Assembly (NCBI GenBank): GCA_965226495.1 | Contig: OZ245365.1 | Location: forward strand, 2,208,001 to 2,272,000 | Source: Candidatus Marinacidobacterales bacterium | GTDB taxonomy: Bacteria; Acidobacteriota; Vicinamibacteria; Marinacidobacterales; DATDRI01 | Direction: 5' to 3' | DNA length: 64,000 bases | In this document: positions 50,158-58,967 of the stretch, piece by piece | Numbering within the stretch: the stretch's first letter is position 1 | Layout: each line of letters opens with the position of its first letter | Position numbers and translations under genes: made by a program | The notes under the pieces: generated by a model | What the model was told of the DNA's origin: nothing | Database searches by the model: none | The model's input: the letters and a program-made list of their open reading frames with translations, nothing else

Positions 50158-52242
50158 ATGGTAGAACATTTTTCGAAGCGGGAGAGTTTCCTGCGCGCAA
50201 GGGTCGGGCTTGTACTTGCCGTCTTCGGCTTCGCGGTCATAGCAGCTTGTTCTCGCGGCCCCAATGCGGACGCGGTCAGCGTGGTGCTTGTGACCGTCGA
50301 CACTCTACGCGCCGATCACTTGGGTAGTTACGGAGGCGGGAACCCGACTCCGAACTTGGATCGGTTGGCGAGAGGAGGGTGCGTCTTCTTGGACGCCACC
50401 GCGCACAGCCCTCTCACCCTACCGTCGCATGCCTCCATCCTTACCGGAACGACCCCGCTTTATCACGGCATCAAAGACAACGGACGCTACGCGCTGCTCG
50501 AGGAGTTCGAAACCCTGGCGGAGATGCTCAAGAAAAGTGGCTACACCACCGCTGCGTTCGTCGGCGGCTATCCGGTTCATTCGCGCTTCGGATTGAGCCA
50601 GGGTTTCGATACCTACGACGACAGCCAATTGAGAGTGCGCGGCGAGAGAGAGGCCGATGAGGTTGTGACCGCGGCCCGTGATTGGTTGGATCGGCAAAAG
50701 GGCGGCCCCTTCTTTCTCTGGGTTCATCTCTTCGACCCTCATTCGCCTTACAAACCGCCAGAGACTTTGGGCGAACAGTACGCCGAAAGTTATGGCGGGG
50801 AAGTCGCTTACGTGGACGATGCACTGGAACGGCTTTTCTCATCGCTCGGGGACAATGTCCTCACGGTGTTCACGTCGGATCACGGAGAGGGTTTAGGCGA
50901 GCACGGAGAGGACAATCACGCTTTGTTCATCTACGACAGCACTCTCAGAGTCCCGCTGATCTTTGAAGGCCCGGGGGTTCCGCGCGGGGCGGTCCTTAAA
51001 GAACAGACGAGAAGTATCGATATCGTGCCCACGATCTTGGATCTGGTGGACCAGCTGGACCTGTGCTCCGCGTGTCAGGGCACGAGCTTGGTGCCTTTGA
51101 TGCAGGGCGGTGAGTTCACGCCGGTGACGTCCTACGCAGAGACGTTTTTTCCCCGTTTGAACTTCGGCTGGAGCGAGCTGCGGAGCGTCAGACGTGAAGG
51201 CTGGAAATATATCGCAGCCCCCGAGCCGGAGCTCTATGATTTGAACGCCGACCCGAAAGAGCTTGAGAACCTGGCGATGAGTGAGCCGGACCGGCTCCAA
51301 GAATTTGCCCGAGCGATCGCCGCGATCGAAGAGAAAGAGACCGGCCCCATCGAGGTCTCGCCGACCACGCCCGACCAAGAAACAGTCGGCCTTCTACGCA
51401 GTCTGGGATACGTGAGCTCTGGAAAATCTTCCAACGAGGAAGGACCGCTTCCCGATCCCAAGAGTCGCATCGGCTTGTGGCGGGGTTTCATACGAGGCGT
51501 GGAGCATTCGGACGCGGGGAGGTTTGACGACGCCATTCGAGAGCTGGAAGGGGTTCTCAAAGAGGATAGTGGGATGCTTGCCGCCCGGGGCTATCTCGCA
51601 GAAGCGCATTTCAATCGTGGCGACTATGAAGCGTCCGCAGCCGAGAGCCGAGAATACCTCGTGAGGGATCCCAGCGACTTTCAGTCGACTTACCTGTTGG
51701 CCGAGGCGGATCTGCGTTTAGGGCGGGTGCATGAAGCCGTCAACGGATTCGAGAATGCAGCTCGTCTCGATCCGACTTCGGCGGGTCCGTTGGCGAGGCT
51801 CGCCAACTTGTATCTTCGAGAAGGGAAGGATGCCAAGGCGCGAGAGCTCATCGACTCCGGCCTGGAGCGTGATCCTCGTAATGCCCTAGCCCTCTTCGTG
51901 CACGGGAAGCTTCTCCTGAAGGCTGGAAGGAGCGAGGAAGCGGAGAGAGCGTTCCGTGATTCTCTGGCTGCTGATCCAAGCGAGCTGGCCGTTCGACTGC
52001 AGCTCGCGAACCTTCTTCTTGATCAAAATCGCGCCGCCGAGGCGGAGGGCATCCTAGCCAAGGGCGTGGTGCAACAGCCGGACAATCCGTGGCTCCATTT
52101 CGCGCTCGGGAGGGCTCAGGCCGCCTCGGGGCAAGACGAGAAAGCCGCACAAGCTTTCCGAATGTCCCTCGAGCTGAATCCCAATCAGCCGGAGCTCAAG
52201 AGGTTTCTCGAGCAGTACGACGCCCAGAAGGGTGAGCGCTAG
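50158..52242 (+). CDS. sulfatase-like (alkaline phosphatase superfamily) lipoprotein with C-terminal TPR repeats
   Basis: Lipobox IAAC, DTLRAD, TLPSHASILTG, DPHSPY, SDHGE, ELYDL..DP.E..NL, then TPRs. Confidence 0.88.
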   Translation: MVEHFSKRESFLRARVGLVLAVFGFAVIAACSRGPNADAVSVVLVTVDTLRADHLGSYGGGNPTPNLDRLARGGCVFLDATAHSPLTLPSHASILTGTTPLYHGIKDNGRYALLEEFETLAEMLKKSGYTTAAFVGGYPVHSRFGLSQGFDTYDDSQLRVRGEREADEVVTAARDWLDRQKGGPFFLWVHLFDPHSPYKPPETLGEQYAESYGGEVAYVDDALERLFSSLGDNVLTVFTSDHGEGLGEHGEDNHALFIYDSTLRVPLIFEGPGVPRGAVLKEQTRSIDIVPTILDLVDQLDLCSACQGTSLVPLMQGGEFTPVTSYAETFFPRLNFGWSELRSVRREGWKYIAAPEPELYDLNADPKELENLAMSEPDRLQEFARAIAAIEEKETGPIEVSPTTPDQETVGLLRSLGYVSSGKSSNEEGPLPDPKSRIGLWRGFIRGVEHSDAGRFDDAIRELEGVLKEDSGMLAARGYLAEAHFNRGDYEASAAESREYLVRDPSDFQSTYLLAEADLRLGRVHEAVNGFENAARLDPTSAGPLARLANLYLREGKDAKARELIDSGLERDPRNALALFVHGKLLLKAGRSEEAERAFRDSLAADPSELAVRLQLANLLLDQNRAAEAEGILAKGVVQQPDNPWLHFALGRAQAASGQDEKAAQAFRMSLELNPNQPELKRFLEQYDAQKGER

Positions 52243-52396
52243 GCCTGACCGGCAATGTGAGGAGGGGCGCCTCCTGGGCTTCCTCGCCTGTCACCCGCAG
52301 CCGAACTATCCCGGCGAAGAGTCCAAACACAAACCGGCTCTTGGTATCGGTCTCCGCGATATAGAACCCGGAGAGCAGGCCAAAAGGGGAGGCGAC

Positions 52397-53299
52397 ATGA
52401 TATATAAGCGGCCTGTGACAGTCGACGCACGTCATTCCTCGCCTGCCAACAAGCTTCGAGCTCTTTTGCAGCGCCCCGGGATTTTGCCTTTTCCGTGCTG
52501 CTATGACGCGCTCTCGGCGCGACTGATCGAAGCGGCGGGCTTTCCTCTATCATTCATGAGTGGCTTCGCAGTGGCAGCGGCTCGGTTTGGACTTCCCGAC
52601 ACCGGGCTCGTCTCCTACGGCGAGATGCTCGAGCAGGGGCGGAACATTTGCTCGGCCGTTTCCATCCCGATCATTGGCGATGGCGACACCGGCTACGGCA
52701 ACGCGGTCAACGTGAAACGCACGGTGCGCGGCTACGCCGATGCCGGATTCGCGGGTGTGATGATCGAAGACCAAGTCTGGCCGAAGCGATGCGGTCATAC
52801 GAAAGGGAAGGCCGTTGTTTCGCGAGGAGAGGCCGTCGCCCGAATCCATGCGGCGGTGGATGCTCGCGATGAGGGTGCCGACATTCTCGTCATGGCGCGG
52901 ACCGATGCGCTCGGCACCGACGGGCTAGACGAGGCACTTGCAAGGGCGAAGGCGTTTTCCGATGTGGGTGCGGACATGCTCTTTGTGGAAGCCCCAACGT
53001 CCGAAACCGAGATCCAAGAAATTTGTCGCCAAGTCCCCGGTCACCACATGGCCAACATGCTCGAAGACGGAGCAACACCCATTTTGTCGGATGAGCGACT
53101 GCAAGAGATTGGGTTCAAGCTGGTCGCCCATCCCTTCACCGTCTTTGGCGCGAGTATCTCCGCGATGAAGGAGGCTCTCGGCGCCCTTCGAGAAGGCCAC
53201 CCCAAGGCGCACATCTCGTTCAAAGAGCTTCGAGAGATTGCCGGCTTCGAAGACTACTACCGTGAGGAAGACCGGTACCGAAGTGATTCGGACTCCTAG
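52397..53299 (+). CDS. isocitrate lyase / PEP mutase superfamily (methylisocitrate or dimethylmalate lyase-like)
   Basis: YDALSA, SGF, PDTG, DGDTGYG, IEDQ..PKRCGH, ARTDA; ATG 52397 after GGGAGG. Confidence 0.9.
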   Translation: MIYKRPVTVDARHSSPANKLRALLQRPGILPFPCCYDALSARLIEAAGFPLSFMSGFAVAAARFGLPDTGLVSYGEMLEQGRNICSAVSIPIIGDGDTGYGNAVNVKRTVRGYADAGFAGVMIEDQVWPKRCGHTKGKAVVSRGEAVARIHAAVDARDEGADILVMARTDALGTDGLDEALARAKAFSDVGADMLFVEAPTSETEIQEICRQVPGHHMANMLEDGATPILSDERLQEIGFKLVAHPFTVFGASISAMKEALGALREGHPKAHISFKELREIAGFEDYYREEDRYRSDSDS

Positions 53300-53324
53300 G
53301 AAGGCTTCGCCACGGTCTCTGTCT

Positions 53325-54653
53325 TTAACTAAAGACGAGTGCCACGGTGTCTTTGAAACTGAACCATAAGATGACGCTAATAAAGGGTGGGATCACATAG
53401 CGCAGCAGGAACATCGCCACCGGAATCAGTCGACGGAAGAGTGGAGACGTTCCTTCCATGAGCTCCGAGTCGGGATGCTTCATGGCCCAGCCTACGAAGA
53501 GCGCCACCCCTAAAACGCCTCCCACCACCAGCAGTTCGCCGACTACCTTGTCCAAAACTCCCAGCGTGTTCTGAGACATGGCTGGGAAAAGACCGGCCAC
53601 CGCGGCGCCGCCGCCGGCGATTACCGCTGCCGTCTTCCGCGAAAGCTTGAACTCATCCATGAACGAAGCGGTGCCCACCTCGAGGAGCGAGAACGAAGAA
53701 GTGAGTCCTGCCACCACCAAGGCGACGAAGAAGATAAAGCCCACCACCCGGCCCATCGCCCCCATTTCCAAGAAAGCCCCGGGGAGCGAAATGAAGAGCG
53801 CACCAATCGTACTCTCGCTGACCTGATCGTTCAGCCCGAGAGCAAAGATGACGGGAAACACAATGAGGCCAGCGACGAACGCGACGGAGAAGTCAGAGAG
53901 AGAGACCAGGGCCGCTTCTTGATTGAGATTCGCTCGGGGCTGAAGGTACGAGCCATACGTGATCATGATTCCCATGCCGACGCTCAGCGAAAGAAAGGCT
54001 TGGCTTGCGGCTTGCTGGAACACCCTGGGGTTCAGGAGCGCATCGAAAGAAGGCATTAGGTAGAACGAGTAACCCTCAGCCGAGCCCGAGAGGGTCGCCG
54101 CCCACACCATTAGACCAATGAGAATGACAAAGAGGGTGGGCATCAATATGAGTCCCGCTCGTTCGATGCCCTTCCGCACGCCCGCCATGACGACCAAAAT
54201 GGTCGCCGCCATCAAAACGAGATGAAACTCGATCGCGGGGAGCCCGGTCGATACCTCGGCATACCGGTCGGCGGGCGAAGCGGCGAACCCTGAGAGCGCG
54301 TCGATGGCGTACCGAAGCGACCAGCCGCTGATGACGGAAAAGTAGGCAAGGATGACGAGCGGTGTGAAGATGAGGAGCCAACCGAGCGGAACCCAACGAG
54401 GGCCGCCGAGCTCTCGTAGGGCACCGACGGGGGAAAGACGGCTCCGGCGTCCGATGGCAAACTCCGCCGCCATGATCGGCACGCCGATAAGAAAGGTCAT
54501 GAGAAGGTACAAGAAAACGAAGGCGGCCCCACCTCCTTCGGCGGTTTGGTAGGGGAATCGCCACATGTTCCCGAGGCCCACTGCGCTCCCCGCCGCCGCG
54601 AGCACGAACCCGAGCCTCGTTTCAAAGACCTCTCGATTCTTCTCCACGTTCAC
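53325..54653 (-). CDS. sodium-dependent transporter (NSS/SNF family)
   Basis: GSAVGLGNMWRFPY..GGGAAF, QAFLSLSVGMG..ITYGSY; GTG 54653 after AGGAG. Confidence 0.93.
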   Translation of the reverse strand: MNVEKNREVFETRLGFVLAAAGSAVGLGNMWRFPYQTAEGGGAAFVFLYLLMTFLIGVPIMAAEFAIGRRSRLSPVGALRELGGPRWVPLGWLLIFTPLVILAYFSVISGWSLRYAIDALSGFAASPADRYAEVSTGLPAIEFHLVLMAATILVVMAGVRKGIERAGLILMPTLFVILIGLMVWAATLSGSAEGYSFYLMPSFDALLNPRVFQQAASQAFLSLSVGMGIMITYGSYLQPRANLNQEAALVSLSDFSVAFVAGLIVFPVIFALGLNDQVSESTIGALFISLPGAFLEMGAMGRVVGFIFFVALVVAGLTSSFSLLEVGTASFMDEFKLSRKTAAVIAGGGAAVAGLFPAMSQNTLGVLDKVVGELLVVGGVLGVALFVGWAMKHPDSELMEGTSPLFRRLIPVAMFLLRYVIPPFISVILWFSFKDTVALVFS

Positions 54654-54727
54654 TCTCTCCTGGGCACACCGGCAGCCGTCGCGAAAAAATCCGGGGTCAA
54701 CAAATGATGGACTCCCGCTGCTCGAGC

Positions 54728-55504
54728 TCAGCGAGCGGCAAAGGCGCCGTTCCTCACGTCTTCCGCGTATTGCCCGATCGCTTTGCGGAGCTGCTGGCCC
54801 GCGTCGACGTAACGTCGCGCCCAATCTCCGGTGGGAGCCGGGTGTAAGGCAAAAAGGTCGTGGAACACCTGGACCTGTCCGTCACAATGAGGCCCGGCTC
54901 CGATTCCAATAGTCGGGACGGACACCTCCTTGGTCACTCGTTGCGCGACGTCATCCGGTACCGCCTCCAGGACGAGCATGAAAATTCCGGCGTCGGCCAG
55001 GGCTCGCGCGCTATCGACGATCTCGTTCGCCGCGTCCTCGGTACCGCCGTGGGGAGCAAAGCCACCAAGAACGTGGACCGACTGCGGAGTCAGTCCGAGG
55101 TGCCCGACGACCGGGATGCCGTGTCCGACCATCGCCCGCACTTGCGCGACGATCGTCCGTCCGCCTTCCACTTTGACGGCTTGGGCCCCAGCTTCTTTCA
55201 GGCAGCGCCCACCGGAACGGACAGCGTCTTCGGTGGTTGTTTGGTAGGTCATGAATGGAAGGTCTGCAATCACCATCGCCTTCTGAGAGCCGCGGACAAC
55301 CATCCTCGTGTGATAGATCGTCTCGTCGAGCGTGACCGGTAACGTATTGCTGTAACCTTGCCCAACGATGCCAAGGGAATCCCCGACGAGAATCGTGTCC
55401 ACGGCATCGTCGACAACGCCTGCCATCCAAGCATCGTAAGCGGTCACCATGACGATCGGCTTGGTGCCCTTTCTTTCACGAATTTGCGACGTGGTGAGTC
55501 TCAT
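54728..55504 (-). CDS. panB: 3-methyl-2-oxobutanoate hydroxymethyltransferase
   Basis: MVTAYD, LVGDSLG, ADLPF, VKVEGG, GHLGLTPQS, PTIGIGAG, DGQV.V.HD. Confidence 0.95.
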   Translation of the reverse strand: MRLTTSQIRERKGTKPIVMVTAYDAWMAGVVDDAVDTILVGDSLGIVGQGYSNTLPVTLDETIYHTRMVVRGSQKAMVIADLPFMTYQTTTEDAVRSGGRCLKEAGAQAVKVEGGRTIVAQVRAMVGHGIPVVGHLGLTPQSVHVLGGFAPHGGTEDAANEIVDSARALADAGIFMLVLEAVPDDVAQRVTKEVSVPTIGIGAGPHCDGQVQVFHDLFALHPAPTGDWARRYVDAGQQLRKAIGQYAEDVRNGAFAAR

Positions 55505-55656
55505 CGATGACACCCTTTCGTTAGCAGCCGAGGCTGGACAGCGCGCCGACGCTAGCCTGGGCATCCTTGACATTCATAGTAGCGGAGACTAGTAATATTA
55601 GCGTCGCTTCGTCAAGTTCGGAGGAGGGCCAGTCCTTCTAAGCAAGGAGCGTTACG

Positions 55657-56538
55657 GTGGATGTAAAGCCTTTACCCGGTCCCTTCGGCGCCGAGATCTC
55701 AGGCGTGGACCTCTCCCAGCCCATGGATGACACCGCCCAACGGGAGCTCCTCGATGTCTTCCACAAACACCAGGTGATCGTCGTCCGGAACCAAAAGCTC
55801 GAGTTCGACCGGTTCGACCGGCTCACCAAGTGCTTTGGTCGACAAGACGCTCACTTCTTGGATCACCTGCGTCTCAGAGGGCACCCGGCCATCCTGATGT
55901 TGTCGAACCTCTTCGAAAACGGGAAACCCCTTGGTGTTTTCGAGGGTGCTGCCTTCTGGCATACCGATGTCGCCTATCGCGATCCGCCGAACAGCTCCAC
56001 CATCGTCTACGCGCTCGAATGCCCAAAGGGCGGATGTCCCACGCATTTCGCCGACACATTCGGGGCCTACGACGCCTTATCGGACTCCATGAAAAAGCGC
56101 ATCGACAAAATGTCGGTCCTTCACCATTACGGTAACCGTGCCGACATGGATGAGGAGTCTCAGACCTCGGCGGAGAGGCTGACTCCGGAACAAAAGAAAA
56201 ACGTGACCAACGTGTTCCACCCCTTGGTTCAGCGGCACCATGTCACGGGACGCAAGTCACTGCACGGAGTCGCGGGCAGCTCGTTCGGGATCGTGGGGAT
56301 GCCTGACGATGAAGCCTTGGACTTGCTCGACGAGCTCAAGGACCACGTCCTCCAGCCTCAGTTCATGACCAGTCATGACTACTCCGTGGGCGATGTCGCC
56401 GCGTGGGATACGTTTTCCACACTCCACAAAGCGACGCTTCAAGACCCCGCAACGACGCCGGAAACGCGACGGCTACTTTGGCGGGTGAGTGTCACCGGGA
56501 AGCCTCCGGTTTATCAGGGACACACCGCCACCGGGTGA
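55657..56538 (+). CDS. TauD/TfdA family Fe(II)/2-oxoglutarate dioxygenase
   Basis: FGAEISGVDL, WHTD, HPLVQRH..TGRKSL, WD...TLHKA, RRLLWR. Confidence 0.92.
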   Translation: MDVKPLPGPFGAEISGVDLSQPMDDTAQRELLDVFHKHQVIVVRNQKLEFDRFDRLTKCFGRQDAHFLDHLRLRGHPAILMLSNLFENGKPLGVFEGAAFWHTDVAYRDPPNSSTIVYALECPKGGCPTHFADTFGAYDALSDSMKKRIDKMSVLHHYGNRADMDEESQTSAERLTPEQKKNVTNVFHPLVQRHHVTGRKSLHGVAGSSFGIVGMPDDEALDLLDELKDHVLQPQFMTSHDYSVGDVAAWDTFSTLHKATLQDPATTPETRRLLWRVSVTGKPPVYQGHTATG

Positions 56539-56658
56539 GGAGAGCTTGGTAGCGACGAGTTGAATCGGTAGCTCCAGTACCGTTCGTCAAAGGCCAAGAC
56601 CCTATGAGTCATCTCAAACACCGGCGTTAAGAATGAAGGGTTTACGGGCGTCTTCGGC

Positions 56659-56687
56659 TTGCCAGCAAACCAGTTTCCTGGTATTAT
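56659..56687 (+). promoter_or_regulatory. leaderless sigma70 promoter of vapBC with overlapping inverted repeat (probable autoregulatory operator)
   Basis: TTGCCA-N17-TATTAT-N6-ATG(56694); ACCAG-TTTC-CTGGT at 56669-56682. Confidence 0.7.
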
Positions 56688-56693
56688 GGCGAC

Positions 56694-56945
56694 ATGAAGA
56701 CCACGCTAGACCTACCGGACGAATTGATGCGGGACATTAAGATTCGGGCCATCAAGGAGAATCGCAAGCTCAAGGACGCCGTCGCCGACCTGCTGAGGCT
56801 CGGGCTTTCGCAGAGAGGCGCCGGGCCGGCAACCGTTCGTAATCGGGTCATGCTGCCGCTCGTCCAGTGCGCTCACGAAGCCCCACGTGGTGAGGAGATT
56901 ACGCCGGAGCGTGTGGCGAGCCTCCTACTCGCGGAGGACGCCTAG
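56694..56945 (+). CDS. vapB: VapB-type antitoxin (ribbon-helix-helix)
   Basis: MKTTLDLPDELMR.IK..A..E.R.LKD.VADLLR; directly upstream of PIN toxin. Confidence 0.88.
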   Translation: MKTTLDLPDELMRDIKIRAIKENRKLKDAVADLLRLGLSQRGAGPATVRNRVMLPLVQCAHEAPRGEEITPERVASLLLAEDA

Positions 56946-56952
56946 GCCCGAC

Positions 56953-57420
56953 GTGGTACTTTGCGATAGTAATGTTTGGCTGGCGCTAGCTCTTTCCAAA
57001 CACGTCCACCATACTGCGGCCCGCGAGTGGTTCGAGGCTGTCGACGAACTCGCGTCTGTGTGTTTCTGTCGGGCTACCCAGCAAACCTTTCTTAGATTGC
57101 TCACCAACGTCTCCGTCCTTGCCCCGTACGGAAATCCGCCCTTGACGAATGGGGAGGCTTGGGAGACCTACGAGGCGTTTCTCGCCGACGACCGCATCGT
57201 GCTGCGTGCGGAAGAACCGGCTGGGCTCGAGAGTCGCTGGAAGCGTTTCGCGGTGCGCCATACTGCTTCACCCAAAATTTGGATGGATGCCTATCTCGCC
57301 GCCTTCGCGCTCGCCGGAGGATACCAAATGGTGACGACGGACGCTGCGTTCAAGCAGTTCCGGGGGGTGGAGTTCCGGGGGGTGGAACTCGAGCTGCTTG
57401 GGAATCAAGGACTCCGCTAG
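56953..57420 (+). CDS. vapC: VapC PIN-domain ribonuclease toxin
   Basis: LCDSNVWLAL, FLRLLT, WMDAYLAAFA, VTTD..F; GTG 56953; C-terminal FRGVE duplicated. Confidence 0.9.
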   Translation: MVLCDSNVWLALALSKHVHHTAAREWFEAVDELASVCFCRATQQTFLRLLTNVSVLAPYGNPPLTNGEAWETYEAFLADDRIVLRAEEPAGLESRWKRFAVRHTASPKIWMDAYLAAFALAGGYQMVTTDAAFKQFRGVEFRGVELELLGNQGLR

Positions 57421-57425
57421 TTTCC

Positions 57426-58679
57426 CTATTCCACGGTTACCGTGATGGCCTTGTCTCGGATCGACCAGCCTCGGGCCCGGAGCTCCTTCTTGACGAGAGG
57501 GGAGCTCTCACCTGTAAGCCAGACCTGGACACTTTCGTCGGCGTAGTGCCCGCTCAGCCATTCGATCTCGCCGTCAACGTATTTCTGCAGCTCTTCGGTC
57601 CACACCATGTAGTCGATGGGAACGAGGTACGCGATGCGGTTCGCACCCAGCTTTGCAATCGCGTTCATGCCGGGGATGACTTCGTACACGGTGCCCTTCT
57701 CCTGGTGAAAGGTGTCGAGTAGGGCGGCGCTCTCGGTGTAGAAGAGCGCTTCGTCCTCGGTCTGTGCCTCGGCGGCGTGCGCCACGAAGTCGCCGATGCC
57801 GGGAGCGTTGCCCAGCGCGTAGAGGGAAGCGACGAGCACCGTCTTCCAGGTCAGCGTGTAGTGCTGGTTCAAACGGAAGTCCCGGCTGAACTCGCTGGGA
57901 ACCTTCATTTCGTTCAACCGTTCTTCGTTGAGTTTTTCGATCTCGTCGGGGTCCTTCTTCCAAACGAGATCGGAAACGCCGGTCGAAAGCGTGACCACCA
58001 TTGGAATGGGAACGACGACGCTCGTTGTGATGCGACCGGCGGCCTCGAAGCTCGCGACTCGGTTGAGCTCCTTTCTCAGTATCTTGTTCCGGGAGTAGGG
58101 ATCGACACCTACCTGCTGCGCCCAGCGGCGCTCTGCCTTCGAGATCCCGAGAAGCGACTTGCCGACCGCTCCCGCGGCCTTCCCGGTCTTCTTGGCGGTC
58201 GAGCTAGTAGTTCCCTCGCCCGCAGCCTTGTCTTCGTCGCTCGATGCTTGGACGCGTTCGCCGACCCGCCTTCCGGTTCGTCCCACGCGGCCGAAGAGCC
58301 GCTTCACGCCGTTGCCGATTCCCTGGGCGGTCTCTTTTGGTTGGGTCGCCGCGGTGACGACGCTAGTTCCGACGTCCTCCAGCGACTGGACCGCTGCCTC
58401 CCCCAGCAACTGGGCCTCGTTCACCTCTTTGAGCTTCGCGATGGCTTCGATCTCGCGGACGCGGATGCGAAGGAGCGTATTCCCTGGGGCGGTGAAGGTC
58501 CCGTAGTCGGTTTCGATACTGTAGATGTTCCAATAACCATCGCTCTCTACGTTCTCCGCGACTCGATAATGATCGCCTTGGCGAATCTCAGCAGGAACGA
58601 TCTCCGAAGCGCGGAAGACGGGGAGTGTGTCGAATTGAGGCTGGAACCCGAGGGCCGTCAGTATAAGGAAGCTCACCAT
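57426..58679 (-). CDS. hypothetical exported protein
   Basis: 417 aa with RBS AGGAGG and short hydrophobic N-terminus; no family recognised. Confidence 0.8.
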   Translation of the reverse strand: MVSFLILTALGFQPQFDTLPVFRASEIVPAEIRQGDHYRVAENVESDGYWNIYSIETDYGTFTAPGNTLLRIRVREIEAIAKLKEVNEAQLLGEAAVQSLEDVGTSVVTAATQPKETAQGIGNGVKRLFGRVGRTGRRVGERVQASSDEDKAAGEGTTSSTAKKTGKAAGAVGKSLLGISKAERRWAQQVGVDPYSRNKILRKELNRVASFEAAGRITTSVVVPIPMVVTLSTGVSDLVWKKDPDEIEKLNEERLNEMKVPSEFSRDFRLNQHYTLTWKTVLVASLYALGNAPGIGDFVAHAAEAQTEDEALFYTESAALLDTFHQEKGTVYEVIPGMNAIAKLGANRIAYLVPIDYMVWTEELQKYVDGEIEWLSGHYADESVQVWLTGESSPLVKKELRARGWSIRDKAITVTVE

Positions 58680-58691
58680 CTCGACCTCCTA

Positions 58692-58967
58692 TCACGCGAC
58701 ATCGTCACAAGAAGTAAGACCAGCTATCCGGATCATATGTTGCAAGGAACGCTGGTCCTTGAACTCACGCTGATACTCGAACTGGAGGGCATTTTTTGCG
58801 TTCAACATCTTTCCGAACATGATCCGAACGTTGAACGCATCGTCGCCGTTGGCCAGATTGCGAGAATAGAGCGGTATTACCTGAATCCAGGCCTCCCACG
58901 GCAGGGGAGTGTACGGGAGCAGTTCCACCAGCTCGAAGCCGACGACGTTGCTCTCGGCGGATAGCCC
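58692..58967 (-). pseudogene. mosaic gene remnant: agmatinase/ureohydrolase C-terminal fragment followed by a beta-strand-rich fragment
   Basis: Startless frame GLSAESNVVGFELVELLPY (58967-58911) resembles the ureohydrolase vvGfdlvElxP motif; continues as AWIQVIPLYSRN...FNVRIMFGKM...LQFEYQREF. Confidence 0.5.

Noticed and set aside
56540-57420. vapBC as marker of a prophage or integrative element
   Set aside because: No integrase, att-like repeats, tRNA target or phage genes in the window.
57777-58964. 395-aa + strand ORF
   Set aside because: Antisense shadow of the 57426-58679 gene, which has a clear RBS; no motif recognised.
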